Translations under genes and position numbers: made by a program | The notes under the pieces: model-generated | Told to the model about the DNA's origin: nothing | The model's input: only the letters and a program-made list of their open reading frames with translations | Database searches by the model: none | Part shown: positions 31,335 through 32,000 of the stretch, one piece after another | Position numbering within the stretch: position 1 is the first letter of the stretch | Layout of the letters: each line of letters opens with the position of its first letter | From: Wallemia ichthyophaga EXF-994 | Taxonomy: Eukaryota; Fungi; Basidiomycota | NCBI RefSeq assembly: GCF_000400465.1 | Contig: NW_008806283.1 | Span: 210,001-242,000, forward strand | DNA: 32,000 nucleotides | Reading direction: 5' to 3'

Positions 31335-32000
31335 TTAGACGTCAGCGTGAGCTGGGAACTCAAAGACGACATCCTTGCCAGCGAGACGCTTGTAGATGGA
31401 TTCGAAGGAGGTGAGCTTGTGCTCGAGGATGTGTGAGTCCTTAGGGTCAAGGAAACTGATTACATAGTTAGCACGCGAGCTCTGCAGGAGAATATCAGGG
31501 TATTCTCGAGCGCGCTCCAGCGATTAAACGAAAACACGGTCGAAAAATCCAAAGAGGGGACTCACCACTTGATCAACTTGCTGCCGTCAGTGGATTGACG
31601 GAGACGCTTACCGACAATCTCAGAAGGGAAGACAATGTCCTCGAGGATGGCTGCGTGGACAGCGGTGAGAGTACGAGAACGAGGTCTTTGTTGAGGTTGC
31701 TTTTGGTTGCGAGTTGGCTTAGGGAGGATACGGCGTTGGGCAACGAAGACGACGTGACGGTCAGAGAACTTCTTCTCGAGCTCACGGGTCAAGCGCTGTT
31801 GAACCTTGTGGAAAGCCTTGACTTGAGGAACAGGAACAAAGACAACAATAGCCTTCTTACCGCCCTTTACATCAACCTCACGAGCAGAGGAGATGGTGAG
31901 TGGTGCGAGCTCGGCCTTGAGGTCTGGGACGTTGTTGCCGAGGTCGATTAAAGCTTGACCAACTGATAATTCAATTTCGTCTGGTTGGACGCGTGCTGCG
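31335..32000 (-). CDS. RPS7: 40S ribosomal protein S7 (eS7), 5'-partial; intron 31456-31565
   Basis: [77 protein letters not shown]|[21 protein letters not shown]. Confidence 0.96.

Overview
Eukaryotic, very gene-dense fungal (basidiomycete-like) chromosomal DNA. The compactness and tiny GT-AG introns suggest Wallemia or a similarly reduced lineage, which is inference only. I reconstructed 20 protein-coding genes by hand, two of them cut by the window edges, with 32 introns whose removal restores frame; 29 of these are 43-65 nt. In order: HEM2, STYX-like DUSP, ZNG1/CobW, MSH1, RanBPM/Gid1-like, inositol transporter, BEM1, CAB2, an orphan PY-motif membrane protein, a Cys-GST, eIF5, RRP17/NOL12, an F-box/kelch protein, HID1, TMA7, an AA9 LPMO, CUS1/SF3B2, RPL23, striatin and RPS7. 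I saw no tRNA, rRNA, transposon or CRISPR array. This is mostly a housekeeping region and I found no evidence of a new multi-gene system. The best leads are small regulatory features: a weak-context overlapping uORF on eIF5, a stop-creating alternative 3' splice site in an RPS7 intron hairpin, two head-to-head gene pairs with ATGs under 40 bp apart, a Cys-retaining STYX orthologue, and a cryptic spliced sORF or gene remnant in the only large gap.
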